A program made the translations under genes and the position numbers. The notes beneath the pieces were generated by a model. The model was not told the origin of the DNA. It made no database searches and saw only the letters and a list, made by a program, of their open reading frames with translations. From contig OX597817.1 in NCBI GenBank assembly GCA_951406725.2, positions 172,980,001-173,044,000 of the forward strand: a stretch of 64,000 nt of DNA, given 5' to 3'. This stretch comes from Octopus vulgaris. Lineage: Eukaryota. The stretch's first letter is position 1, and every line of letters begins with the position of its first letter. This document shows, in pieces, positions 26,094-39,705 of this stretch.

Positions 26094-26279
26094 TTAGTTT
26101 CCCTGAGTTGCTGTAGTTTTTTTAGTTATTGTGGGTAGAGAGCACTCAGACCAGCTGGTATCTCTCTTCCACGTTTCAGCAGTCTTGACAAATCTCCAGA
26201 TTTGTCCATCTTCCCGAAGACTGAAGCTTTCCTGTAGAGCTGAGTTCCTATTCAGGGAAGCCACTACACGTTTACAAGG
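26094..26279 (-). pseudogene. C-terminal remnant of LINE ORF1 (PCKRVVASLNRNSALQESFSLREDGQIWRFVKTAETWKRDTSW...TTATQGN*)
   Basis: Hand translation: 61 sense codons ending GGA AAC TAA directly upstream of, and overlapping, the ORF2 frame. Assignment to ORF1 is positional inference. Confidence 0.55.
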
Positions 26280-26362
26280 TTAAGCTCCAATCCTGCATCA
26301 TGTGCAGCTTGACATTCTTTGATTCTCTCAATATTTCCAGCCAATGGACTGTGCCATATCTA

Positions 26363-26763
26363 TCTTTTACTTCTTGTTTCAGTCGTTAGACTGTGGCCAT
26401 GATGGGGCACTGTCTTGAAGAATTTTAGTTGCATGCAACAACCCCAGTACTTAATTTTGGTTTTTGCTAAACCAGGTACTTATTCAGTCAGTCTTTTTTG
26501 CCAAACTGCTCAGTTATGGGGACATAAACAGCACCAACATCAGTTGTCAAGTGGTGGCAGGGGACAAAGACATGCACACACTCATGCACACACACCTATA
26601 TACAATAGGCTTCTTTCAGTTTCCATCTACCAAATCCACTCACAAGGCTTTGGCTGGCTATAGTAGGTTGTAGTAGAAGACACTTGCCCAGAGTGCCACA
26701 CAGTGGGACTGAACCCAGAACCATGTGATTAAGAAACAAGCTTTTTACTACACTGTCACACCT
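26363..26763 (-). mobile_element. SINE family A
   Basis: Head, core and tail recognisable. Confidence 0.85.
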
Positions 26764-26932
26764 GTTTGGATTATATCAGCAACATGGAGAGAGGTGTCTT
26801 ACATACCTGGCCAACTGGTAGACTTGCACAAAAAAAATCTAATCCAGGCTTGTCTCTTAGAGAGGAACTTTCCAGCTGGTGCAGACACATGGTACTGAAT
26901 GCAGAAGAAAGGTGTCTTACAATATATTAGAC

Positions 26933-27179
26933 CAGTACTTCTCAACCATTTTGTACCTATGGACCCCTTTGATTCCTGTTTTACTTGGGTGGGCCCTCAG
27001 ACATTCAGTGTTTAAGAAATCCAATTATATTTTTATAATTAAATATTATTAGAAACCGTACATTATTAAGATATTTGGTGCATTGTAGAAGTACAACCAA
27101 TTTATTGCACATAATGTTTTATGATCAAAACTGTAAATGGATCCCCAAGGGCCATATGGATCCTGGTTGAGAACCGCTA
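26933..27179. mobile_element. hAT/Charlie-like MITE
   Basis: TIR cagtacttctcaacc / ggttgagaaccgcta; related copies at 3410 and 5170; TSD not preserved. Confidence 0.65.
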
Positions 27180-29169
27180 GTCTAAGGCTATGTTTGGATA
27201 TCACCTAAGTTTGCGTACAGTGACCCAAGTATTTATTTTATCAACTTTGGAAGGATGAAATTTGAAGTGCATTCAGGTGAGATTTGAAATCAGAATGTAA
27301 AAGTTCAGAATCAAATACCACAAAATATTTTGGTCCAATGCTTTATTGATTCTCTTCTTCCAACAGAACTCAAGCCATTTGCTGGAACCATATCACCAAC
27401 TACACTATAAAGTATCAATACATTCTCATACACACACACACACACACACACATACCAGTGTTTATAGCTGTACCATCAGTAGAACATACAATCAATTGCT
27501 GTAAGGTTATGGTTTCAAATTACAACCCACCCTCACTGTACATATGGATTCAGAAGCACTAGGTGGTGGTTATACCTACCAAATAGTTTAGTATGATCTG
27601 AAACAGGACCTGGACTTCTTAACATCTAGCATAATGCCACACCCACTTCTACTATAGTCCCACTAAGTCATGGGAGCTTTTTAATTTGTGAGTGACATGG
27701 CTGCCTCACAAGTGCAGGTGCCATGAAAAATTAACCCAGTATGCTTTGTAAAATATTTGCTATTAGGAAGGGTATTCAACCATAGAAGCCATACCAAAGA
27801 GCACAATTAAAGTTGAATGCAGGCCTCTGACTCATAAAATCCTGTTGAGCCACCCAATTCATGACAGCATGGATGTTAAATAATGATAATGAGGATAAGG
27901 ATGAAGGCAGCAAGCTGGTAGAATTGTTAGCATGCTGGGCAAAATGCTTAGCGGCATTTCATCCATTTGCCATGTTCTGAGAACAAATTCTGCCGAGGTC
28001 AATTTTGCCTTTCACCCTTTTGGAGTTGATAAAATAAATACCAGTTGAACACTGGGGTCAATGTAACTAACTTAGCACCTTCCCTGAAACTGCTGGCCTT
28101 GTGCCAGAATTTGAAACCACTAATGATAAGGATGACATCTTCCAGTGAGAAGGGACTTTTATTAATGCTAATGGATTTTCTTCTCCTTATTTGAAACAAT
28201 TAAAAATTATTTTCAGTTAAACAAACTGAATATGGGAGCTTGCACTTAAAACACTATCCTGGCCCATATACACTAACATAATTCCAGCCAACCAGAGAAA
28301 TGTCTTTTGGTACTCTTTTCCTTTCATGTTTCTGACAACAACTTTCAATGTAACCTTGTTATATGAACCATTACCATTTATATAACATTAAAAATTACTT
28401 TGCAGAAATTTTAAAAATTTCTATTAGATAAACTTTTAGCAGATAATTTGATCTAAGTAAAAGAATAAACTTACATTAAGAAAGTTTCATGTTTTACTGT
28501 TCTCAACACCAAACTTCTTAACACTTTCCCAGTTAAATTGATACTAAGCTGAAACCTGAAACAACTAGCGAACGTGACTGCAAGTCAAAATGTAGTACCT
28601 ATTCCACCTACCCACTTACATTTTAAGACAACCTTCAAGCGCAGCTCTGCTTTTTACCATTTTATTTCTCTTCATTTCCCATAATTCCATATTATTCATT
28701 TACTGATATTTTCTTCAATATTCAGGAATATTACAATTAAAATGGCAACTTACGACACAACATAAAATGCATAGAATTCTCCAGAGAATTCTAGAACATG
28801 TTTTTCTGTATCTATTTTTAATTGACTTTATAATGTGACTTGATGAACTTGGCATTGTTTATGATTTCCTCTCATGTTTTGCAGTCATTTGCAATGCCAG
28901 ATGTGGTTATCAATCTCAGGAAAAAAAAAAAATTGGAATAAAAAAGCAACATAATTGTTTTAATGTTTTTAACATTTGAGAATGCTTCATTTTCTCCACT
29001 GAATAATAATTAAAAACAAAAGCTGTCTCATGAATAGTTTTCCTTTTATTTTTTTAATTTCATTTATTTATTTGTGTTTTTTTTCTCATATACATTAAAA
29101 CCTGTGTTTTATAACTAAGTTTCTTAATATCTTTATTATATTTCAATACTTTAAACCAGAAAATATATC

Positions 29170-29369
29170 TCTTTTACTTTTTTCAGGCATGTTGACTGTG
29201 GCCATGCTGGAGTATTGCCTTCTAGTCAAAGAAATCAACCCCTGGACTTATTTTTTGTAAGCCTGGTTCTAATTCTATCAGTCTCTTTTGCCGAACTGCT
29301 GAGTTATAGGGACATAAACACACCAACGTTGGTTGTCAAGTGATGATAGCGGGACAAACACACAAATAT

Positions 29370-29409
<40 letters not shown>

Positions 29410-29568
29410 GACTGGTTTCTTTCAGCTTCCATCTACCAAATCCACTCACAAGGCTTTGGTCAGCTGGAGGCCATAGTAGAAGAAACTTGCCTAAGCTGCC
29501 ACGCAGTAGAACTGAACTCAAAACCATGTGGTTTGGAACCAAGTTTCTTACCACACAGCCACACCTGC
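29170..29568 (-). mobile_element. SINE family A
   Basis: Head, core and tail recognisable. Confidence 0.87.
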
Positions 29569-29828
29569 TCAGATATGTGTTTTCTAACCCTCCACTTACT
29601 TCAACCATCAAACTAAACAGCTCTAGAGATTTTCTATTTTGAAATATTTTTTTGTACACTTATATAAAGCACCCAGAACACTCTGTAAAGTGGCTGGTAC
29701 TAGGAAGAGCATCGAGTCATGGAAACCATGCCAAAATAAGCAAAATGGAGCCCAGGCAGCTCTCTAGCTGACCAGCTTCTGTCAAACTATTCAACCCATG
29801 CCAGCAAGAAGAAAGGACATTTGATGAT

Positions 29829-29957
29829 GAAGAAGAAGAAGAAGAAGAAGAAGAAGAAGAAGAAGAAGAAGAAGAAGAAGAAGAAGAAGAAGAAGAAGAA
29901 GAAGAAGAAGAAGAAGAAGAAGAAGAAGAAGAAGAAGAAGAAGAAGAAGAAGAAGAA
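29829..29957. repeat. Pure (GAA)43 microsatellite at the tail of a family C copy
   Basis: Uninterrupted GAA run directly after ggacatttgatgat. Confidence 0.95.
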
Positions 29958-30029
29958 ACTTAAACAATACAAAAGCACAATTTTTTAAAGAAATATTTCC
30001 TATTATTGCAAACAGTTATCTATACAAAT

Positions 30030-30300
30030 AACTATTTGGTCTGTTGTTTATGGAAGGGTTGAGCAGGCAGAGTCCTCAGGTACCTCCTCCATAGAATGTT
30101 ATCAGAAGCAACTGTCACTAGATTTTCTGACTGGGTTCCAAAGCGTGTCCAACTGAAACTATGGATATCTTCCACCCATCTTTTTCTTGGTCCATCTACT
30201 CCTAGGTCTCCTTCCAGTTGGCTTGACGTAAAGAATTCATCTTTAGATTCTTTCTGTGACATTTTAATCACTGTGATTTCTTTTCCCCTGTGACATCCTC
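30030..30300 (-). mobile_element. Decayed 3' end of an RTE-clade LINE
   Basis: LEG...GPRKRWVEDI...VASDNILWRR resembles the G.R..GRP...W.D.I...A.DR..WR C-terminus of RTE ORFs. Confidence 0.6.
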
Positions 30301-30828
30301 ATCACTTATGCTAAATTAATTCAATGAATTCTTTACTTATATGATTTATTCAGGTGTTCAATAGTTTGTCACACCTTAAACTCTTCACAACAAAGTTGTC
30401 ATATTTCCCCCGCTAAGTGGATATTATATTCATTTTAATTAACTGCAAGGGATTTCCAAGGTAATAATACAAACTACTTTTATTTATTTCATTAGCCAAT
30501 CAACATTAAGAAATGCATTACAAATTTGGCCCTAATGGGATGTGAACTCAAAATAGTTAGGCACTCAGTTACTGAGTTTGCCAGAGAAATTCAATCATTT
30601 GTTTTCCTATTTATTTTTATTTTTTCTTGTGTTATTTGAATTAATACAAAAAAATAGTTTCATCATTGTGTTTTATGTTTGTTTTTGTTTTTTGTAATTC
30701 TATTCTTCCTGTACAATTTTTGTTTATTATTTTAAAAATTTTGAATACATTTTACCTCTTTTCAGACATATGATGATGGAGTGCTAAGTACAAAAACAAA
30801 ATGAGAAACAAACAGGTGCAGCATGGTT

Positions 30829-31172
30829 AGGCGCAGGTGAGGCAAGGAGCTTGCTTTCCAACCATATGGTTCTGGGTTCAGTCCCATTGCATGGTATAGC
30901 CTCTAGTATAGCCTCAGGTCACCCAAAGCCTTGTGAGTGGATTTGGTAGATGGAAATTGAAAGAAACCCACCATATGTGTGTGTGGTGTGTGTTTGTCCC
31001 CCCATCAGTGTTGGTGTGTTTATGTCCCTGTAACTTAGCAGTAAATGAATTGATAGAATAAGCACCAAGCTTTAGAAAAAAATAAACACTGGGGTTGATT
31101 TGTTCAACTAAAACTTCTTCAAGGCAGTGTCCCAGTATGGCCGCAGTCTAATGACTGAATCAAGTAAAAGAC
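30829..31172 (+). mobile_element. SINE family A
   Basis: Head, core and tail recognisable. Confidence 0.83.
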
Positions 31173-32665
31173 AGAATTTATCTGAGAGCCAAATACATTG
31201 AAAACAAACAAAAAAAAAAGATAAAACCCACCATTTTATTACATAAATATGTGGTTGGTACCACTTTAGAATCAAATTATCAATTAATCTTATTTCCCAA
31301 TGCCACAGAAGGTATTTTTTAAAGATATTTATGTATAAAGGGCATGTGTCTACAAGGCCACTTGTACTTCTGCCAAAGACAGCTAATATGGTAAAAACCT
31401 TTGAAGTTGTTTCTCTTGCTTGTCAGACCAGAGCATAATTTTTCCTTAATCACCGTATTTAACCCTACTGTGGGTAATTATGATTTCTAAATTATTGTAA
31501 ATAATCAAATCTACGTATTTTTATTACTTATTGTAAAAGTATCTATTCTGCAAACAAATAAAAAAAAAATTGTTTCATGCTATCACCAAAAGTCTTGCAT
31601 AACTTATATCCATTGTGGCACAGAATGGAAATCAAAGACACAAATTGGAAGATGAATAATATTTAAGTGGTTTTAAAGTATTTGATCTCCTGCCTTCCTC
31701 GGTTATGTGACCAAATCATTGCCAAGTGACACAACTCCATGATGGCTACAGTTGTACCAAATTACCTCAATTTAAGTGCAGTTTTCTTTTATAGTTAAAT
31801 TCATATGGCTGGCATTCAACCAACACAAAATATACACAAATTTCTAAATCTGGGGGGGAAATATCATTTCAAACAATATGGCATGTTAAAGAAAATAAAA
31901 TTCCATAGATGATATTTTTTGTTCTTTTTTGGAACGGTACCAAGGAAAGAATAATTTAGCAACCTTAGTGTAAAAAAAGCCTATTCAATGTTAGGATAAA
32001 AAAATATATACACAGCTAATATTTAGACAAGAACCTTTACAATTTTCACTGATGAAATTGTAAAAATAGAATATATTATTCATTATATTCTTTGTAACAA
32101 ACAGGATCTCATGAATTCTTTACTTTGAATACTGTTTAGATCTTCAATATGAAGGCAAATAACCATATAAATAGATAACTCATTGAAATAGATCTTCCAA
32201 CTTGGCTTTTCATTGATATAAACCAAATGGTTTGGAAATTTATTTCCTGTCAGAGATTGTGTGTGTATGTCTGTGTATAAATGAATTCCCTGTGAGTGTG
32301 GCAGTATTGGCCTCACCGCTATACAAAATCTACAAAAACAACAGCTATTAAAATCAGAATATTGAACATATTCCTTTTATCACCGTTAAGTAAGCTCAGA
32401 CATCAAAAAGGTAAACTGAAAACCTTGTTCTTCAAAATATTTCTTCTGAACTTAAAATGGTTTCCTTCAACTACAGTTTTTGTTCCCTGCAGCAGTTACC
32501 TGACACCATTTTTTCTTATTACCAAATGAAGCAGTAACTGGGCACAATAAATGCTTCCTTTTTATGTCCTTTCTGCTTTCTTGTTCTTCTTATGATTACC
32601 ATCATAGCAAATTAGACACACTCCCTATTTTTCCCCGCCACCCAACAGTGAATTCATCCATCCAT

Positions 32666-32724
<59 letters not shown>

Positions 32725-33934
32725 AGTGAGGTGTTTAATGTCTTTCCAGTTTCTCAAAAGCTCATTAAGTATGATATATTGTGAATAACCCTTATTTTAT
32801 TAGTGGCCGGGCAATTCCTGCATTGAAAAGATTCTAGGGAGCATACAAATGTTTGGTAAATAAGCCACTTCTACATTGAATTTAAGTGATTTTCTTTTCC
32901 TCTCTTCCATATCCATATCTCAATACTTGCAACAGACAAGCAAGTTACTGGAAATCATGACATGTGTGTGTGTGTGTGTGTGTACGCATATATATATATA
33001 TAGATAGATATACACACACAGATAAGTTGCTGTAAGGAGTATTTTTATAGTTCTGTAGCCTTCTAGCTATTCTCTGCTATTCAGTGGAGTTGAGAAGGAT
33101 TAGTAATAGTAACTATACGGATGGAACAGATTGAAAGAATCACAATAAGTAAAATATATATTTCATGCAGGTACAAGATTTGAAATTTCTGTAGGTCATT
33201 CAACTTACTAGAAATAACAACCAAATCACTCTCTTAAACCACACTATACTGCTTTTAATAAACATGATATTGTGAAACTACACTGAATAACATAATATTA
33301 GACATCCATTAAAAGACAGGATTGTCATGGCTGGAGCAGTTTATGATCATAGGTATACTGAATTAGAGAAGACCAGAGGCTAAACAACAATACAATAGTT
33401 GAATTCATGACTGTATATGACAGTAGTTCTCACCGTAGGGTTTGCGGATCCCTTGGGATCCACAGAAGTAGTATTGGAGTTTGTGAGTCATGTTGAAAAT
33501 TTTAAAAGGCTCCAGTATAAAGTATACAGTTACTCAGATATGTTTTTCAAGTGAGAAATGAAATTGGGTAAAAGAGTTTCATGGTTGTTAATGAAATAAC
33601 ATTACTGAGTAGGTAGACCTTCCAAAAGTTTGAGATCAGTGGGAAAGTTCATTTAAAGAAAAAGAGTCCTTAGAAGTGTAAAGGCCAGGGACCACTGGTA
33701 CATACAGTAATTCAGTACCTTAATTACATATTAATGTGATTAGAGATATTCACTGGGAGCCTTTTGGTTAATCCCAGATAATGTTATCTAACAGCTTTTG
33801 CCACCAAAATCATTGGTTCCCCAAACATGCTTAGAATATTGATATTTCATCTGTGTAATGTTATCAGCAGGATGTTGTTAGTCAAAAGAGACTGTAATAA
33901 ACATTTAAGTCTAATAATAATTAAATATAATAAT

Positions 33935-34127
33935 AATTCCAAATTTTGGCATAAGGCCATCAATTCCTGGGGAGGGAGTATGTCAACTACATTGGCCCCA
34001 GCACTCAACTGGTGCTTATTTTATCAACCCCGAAAGGATGAAAGACAAAGTCAGCTTTGGTGGATAACGTGTGAAATGCTGCTAAACATTTTGCCTGGTA
34101 TGCTAATGATTCTGCCAGCTCACTGCC

Positions 34128-34189
<62 letters not shown>

Positions 34190-34630
34190 CATACTTTCTA
34201 CTGAAGGTACAAGGCCTGAAATTTGAGGAGAGGGGATTAGTTGATTACATTAACCCCAGTGTTTTACTGGTACTTAACTTATTGATCCCAAAAGGATGAA
34301 AGGCAAAGTTGACCTCGGCAGAATTTGGACTCAGAACATAGCAAGAGATGAAATGCCACTAAGCATTTCACCCAGTGTGCTAATGATTCTGACAGCTCAC
34401 CAGCTTAATAATCACAACAATAATAATCCTTTCTACTGTTAGCACGAGGCCTGGAATTTGTGGCGAGGGGGTATAGCCAATCACATCAACCCCAATACTT
34501 GACTGGTATGTAATTTATCAACCCTGGAAGGATGAAAGGCAAAGTAACTTTGGCAGAATTTGAATTCAGAATGTGAAGACGGATGAAATACTGCTAAGCA
34601 TTTTGCCCGGTTTGCTAATGATTCTATCTT
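33935..34630 (-). mobile_element. Tandem array of three family B monomers separated by (AAT)n
   Basis: Three aaggatgaaag(g/a)caaagt cores near 34035, 34295 and 34530. Confidence 0.85.
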
Positions 34631-35184
34631 AAATCACAATCATCATCATCATCGTTTAACATCCGCTTTCCATGCTGGCATGGGTTGGACGATTTGACTG
34701 AGGACTGGTGAACCAGATGAATGCACCAGACTCCAATCTGATCTGGCAAAGTTTCTACAGCTGGATGCCCTTCCTAATGCCAACCACCCCGAGAGTGTAG
34801 TGGATGCTTTTACGTGCCACTGGCACAAGGGCTAGTCAGGCAGAACTGGCAATGGCCATGCTCAAATGGTGCTTTTTATGTGCCACCTGCACAGGAGCCA
34901 GTCCAGCGGCACTGGCAACAACCTCGTATGAATGGTTTTTCACATGCCACCAGCACAAGTGCCAGTAAGGAGACACAGATAACGATAACGCTTGAATGGT
35001 GCTTTTTATATGCCACCGACACAGAGGCCAATTTGTTGCTCTGAACAAAAAAAAATTAAAAAATGAACTTGGTTTATATAGTGCTCGGATTTTACACAGT
35101 ATTCAGCTCATCAGAAGAAAGAATAAAATAGATGACAGAATGCAACAATAAGTCATGTTAAGACGGACAACAATAGTAGCAAAA

Positions 35185-35570
35185 AGTGCATGCATACATA
35201 GTACATAGGAAAGAGAAAAACAAATCCACAAAGAGGAAAAGGTGCACATCAGGAGTGGTATCAGCAAATTTCAGGAAGCACAGAATTTTTGAAGGATCAA
35301 GTGTTCTGACAGCTAAGAACTGTGCAGCTAGTTTATTCAATGCTTCAACAACAGAAAGCAAAGGAAAAGACAAAAAAAAAGATTTCTGAAAGTTATGGTT
35401 GCTGTGCTAAGTTTGTCTACAGGTGGTAATGATACTGAATTCAAAGAGGTAGTTAAAGTTTTAGTTGGAAAGATGGTGAATAATTTTGTGGAATTCTATC
35501 AAATTAGTTGCTAGACATTGAGACTTTAGTGTGTCAATGCCGAAGGAAGTAAAATGTTCAAAATATGGTA
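35185..35570 (-). mobile_element. Heavily decayed CR1-like 3' fragment
   Basis: Patchy nucleotide similarity to 23280-23600 (agtttattcaatgcttcaaca, ttctgaaagttatgg, gtgtcaatgcc, gttcaaaatatggta). Confidence 0.55.
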
Positions 35571-35896
35571 AGCTGGAGAATTCATTAAATTATAGACAAT
35601 CCACTGCAGAAGCGTTCTTCATGTAAAGTATCCAAGGAAAAGTTATTTTGATGGCCATCATCCTGTTCTTTCAAACTGTAAAATCATTAATCAAATTTAT
35701 TATTACATTCCAGTGATATGTAAAAGACATCCAGTACACTCTGCGGAATGGTCAACGTTAGGAAGAGCATCTAACTATAGAAACCAAAGGAAAATGGACC
35801 AGAGCCTGGTGCAGTTCTCTGGCTTAGCAATATCAGTCAAACCATCTAACCCTTGCCATCATGGAAAACAGGTATTAAATGATGATGAAGATGAAG

Positions 35897-35928
<32 letters not shown>

Positions 35929-36831
35929 GAGGAGGAGGAGGAGGAGGAATTTATTTATTCTACAAATCTTATTCCATTAAAATTCAAAGCTGGTTTCCAT
36001 TACTGGTCTATAATACTGACATTTAGGTAAATTAACTCCTAAAACTTCCCATGGAACACTAAACTGCACAAGACTGCATCAGTCAGCCATCCTGAAATGC
36101 AAGATATCACAAGGATTGTCCTAACTTTGCTTACATTCATTTTGAGGGAAGGGAGAAAGAAATGTCAAACCTCTTCTATCGTTCATTTCTGTTCTCTAAC
36201 AGAATCATTACAAAACTGTTTTTTCTTTTTTACTCGAAAAATTTTGAACAGGATATTATAAGTTAAGGGCCATAGAGTTATGTGTTGCACCTAAAATTCA
36301 ACAAACCGCCTACGATAAATTTGAACTTTAGACCTGTGGGCTAGTAATAAAGTATCTTATCCACTTCACCATTTCACCTTTACTTATTCACCTAGTATCA
36401 CTTTCCTAGAACCAACATTTTGCCACTGAACTTTTCCAAGTTAGTCAATTTAATACAATGCAATATTTAACAATATTCTAATAACTCTGCAACATATCAT
36501 ATCAGATTTGAATATCACACACAATGCTCTATTTTTGCTTCATTATGACACAAAGTTTTGCTAAATGTCTCCTATATTGCCGACAAGAATTATTACTATT
36601 ACTTCTATAGACTACTGGATCTAATAACCTCATCTTTAATGTATGTCTGTTGAATGAGATAATGGTAATGAGGATAATATTCTTTTTTTTATATACAAAC
36701 ATACACCCACGTCTGGCTGTCTCTGTCATTATCAGCCACATTATATTATGTATGTGTATATGTATATACACATATGTACATCACACATACACACACACAC
36801 AAGTATATATATGTATGCATGACTGTATGTT

Positions 36832-36866
<35 letters not shown>

Positions 36867-37240
36867 GAACATGGTTGTGTGGTAAGAAGTCTGTTACCCA
36901 AACACAGGATTCTGGGATCAGTCTCACTGTATGGGTCAGCTCTGTAGCACCAGGCTGACCAAATCTTTATGAGAGGATTAGGTAGATGGAAACTGAAAGA
37001 AGCCCATCGTATATAAATGTGTGTGTATACATATACATGTATGTATGTATAATACACACACGCACACACACGCACACACACACACACACACACAAAAGAA
37101 AAGAATAAGAGTATGTGGTGTTCCATTAAATAATAAGTTAAAAAACATAAATGAACAAACAAATGGAAAACAGACACAGAAGGTCACCAAATCTTCATCA
37201 GTTATTGGCCAGAGGGTCAAAAGCAATTTCACACCTTCAA

Positions 37241-37282
<42 letters not shown>

Positions 37283-39484
37283 TCATCGTCATCATCATCA
37301 TTTAACGTCCGCTTTCCATGCTAGCATGGGTAGGACTGAGGACTGGCGAACCAGATGTCTGCACCAGGCTCCAATCTGATATGGCAGTGTTTCTACAGCT
37401 GGATGCCCTTCCTAACGCCAACCACTCCGAGAGTTTAGTGGGTGCTTTTACGTGCCACTGGCACGAGGGCTAGTCAGGTGGTACTGGCAACACCCACGCT
37501 CAAATGGTGTTTTTTACGTGCCACCTACACAGGAGCCAGTCCAGCGGGACTGGCAACGACACACATATATACCAATATATATACATATATACACATACAG
37601 GTGGGTGTATGTGTCTGTGTGTACAGCATCTATAGACAGAAGGAGAGAAGAGAAAGAAATAGAAAGTAAGGTAGAGGAATTGAAGGACATTATCATGTCT
37701 GTTATTCTAATAAGTATCATATTGATCATCATTCTATTATCTTGGTCACTACTCTACTAAGTATTCTGCAACATATTAACACTTTCCTTGTTCTACAGCA
37801 CGTACAGAGAAAGGTCACATATTATAAATAAAGTCATTATGTAAAAAGTTTTACCAACATTGATCAGAATTCTTTATTAACATATTGGAAATATATATAC
37901 ATAAAAAAAAGATAGAAAGAAAATAGATTCTATATTCATTTTCAACTCAAGGCAATGTGGACGTGCTAAAATATGGCTTCTGAATTATATACCGGTAATG
38001 ACCCAACTTTCCAAGTTCTTTTACAGGGCTTAGAAAAACTGAAGGGCTGCTGCAATTAGTGTGAGAATGTGAGAGGGGAATATGTTGAATAAAATCACAA
38101 TTAACTAATCCTCCTGTATTTTCTTTTATCCAAAAATCAGGCCCTTTTCAGCACACCATCATACTTAACGATTCTCACATCACTACTTCAGCAACTACGA
38201 TGCCGTCTGTCTCATTGAAGAGGTTTAATAAGACAGAAAAATGTCTGTGATTATCTCTCCTGCTTGCCGAATTAACTGTCATTGAGCTAGTTATGTACAT
38301 ACACATACACACACACACACAAACACAAGCATATATGGAAGAATATATATATTCTATCCATTTTTTGTTCCAGCCACTGGGCTGCAGTCACACAGGAGTA
38401 AGGCCTTGGAGGGTTTAGTCAAACAAATCAACTGCAGTAATCATTTTTTAAAGCTAAATACTTAATTTTATTAGTATCTTTTTGCTGAACAATTAAGTTA
38501 TAGGAATGTAAACAAACTAACGCTAGTTGGCAAGCAGTGGTGGGGACAAACACAAAAACATGCACACACACACACACAATGGGCTTCTTTCAGTTTCTTT
38601 CTACTAAATTCACTTACTTGGCTTTGGTTAGCCCATGGCTATAGTAAAAGAGAAATTATTCAGTGTCATGAAATGGGACTGAACCTGGAAGTTCCTGGGA
38701 AGCATAAAAAATGTGTATAATAGCTAAGGACCAGATTAGATAGCTAAAATCCATTATCAAGTGAAGGGAGACGAAATCCAGGTAAACAAAAGTTGGCTAT
38801 AGGAAATGTAGTGGTCGAGTGAATGAAAGCAAAATGAAATAAAAGGTGAGCAGGTGGTTGTTAAGGGCATCAAAGCACTTATAAATAAGTTCTACAGAAG
38901 TATAAATATAATTAAGTAGAGAAAGAGGAAAATCTGGGAAGTGAAAGTTCTTAGTGGTTCGTCATGGATAGGTAGATATACAAAAAGTTGGTTTGCTAAT
39001 AATGCAGATGATAGAGGGGAATATCTAAGCAGTCCTTTGTAATAGTTCTTTACAGATAAATATCTGGAGAGGAGTTCATACCTCACAGGTAAAAGAGAAG
39101 AGAATAAAAGTAATTTAGTATTCTTTATTTCTTGAATACTAATGCTAGCGCTCCCACTCTGCTTATTACAGTCTATTTTGTTTTGGGCAACTGCAAAATG
39201 TCCACAAATTTATGTCAGCAATGGATAACAATTTCATTCTTCTACTATCTGCCCTTAAAATCCCAAGTGCTTCACATGTACCTTCCTATAACCCTGGAAC
39301 ATTTGGCAGAAAGGCCACTCTAAGTCATAACTGACACAATGAGATTTTGGGTTAAAACTATATTCAGTGAGAGAAGTTGAATACTTGAGTTTTTCATTAG
39401 ATAACAAGTAACATCATCATCACCCTCATCATTTAATGTCCATGTTGCAAACTGGTACGGGTTGGACAGTTTGACAGGATTTAA

Positions 39485-39705
39485 CCCTTTAGCAATCAGA
39501 TTATTCTGTCAATTGTAATGCTTATTAACTTATATTGTTTTGAATTAAACATGCATTTTCATGTAGCTTCAAGATTTCGATGATGCAATTGTTTATTTGT
39601 AAGAATGACATTATAGGGTCTGTGTGAGAGGCTGGATCTGACCAATTTGAACATAAAACAAGTGGAAGATTTCAGCCAGATATGGCTGGTTTAAATGCTA
39701 AAGGG
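39485..39705. mobile_element. piggyBac-like MITE nested in a family C remnant
   Basis: TTAA-CCCTTTAGCA ... TGCTAAAGGG-TTAA; partial copy at about 16840-17045. Confidence 0.87.

Larger units (their letters stand above)
23199..26279 (-). mobile_element. CR1-group non-LTR retrotransposon, 5'-truncated within ORF1, young copy
   Basis: APE endonuclease plus RT ORF2; short 3' UTR with hairpin GTGC-ACCTGA-GCAC; (ATT)n tail at about 23199-23224; 61-codon open ORF1 remnant upstream; CpGs retained. Confidence 0.93.

Noticed and set aside
23185-26285. Target-site duplication around the CR1 copy (ggtttaa / ggttaa)
   Set aside because: Too short and imperfect to call, so the 5' boundary remains approximate.
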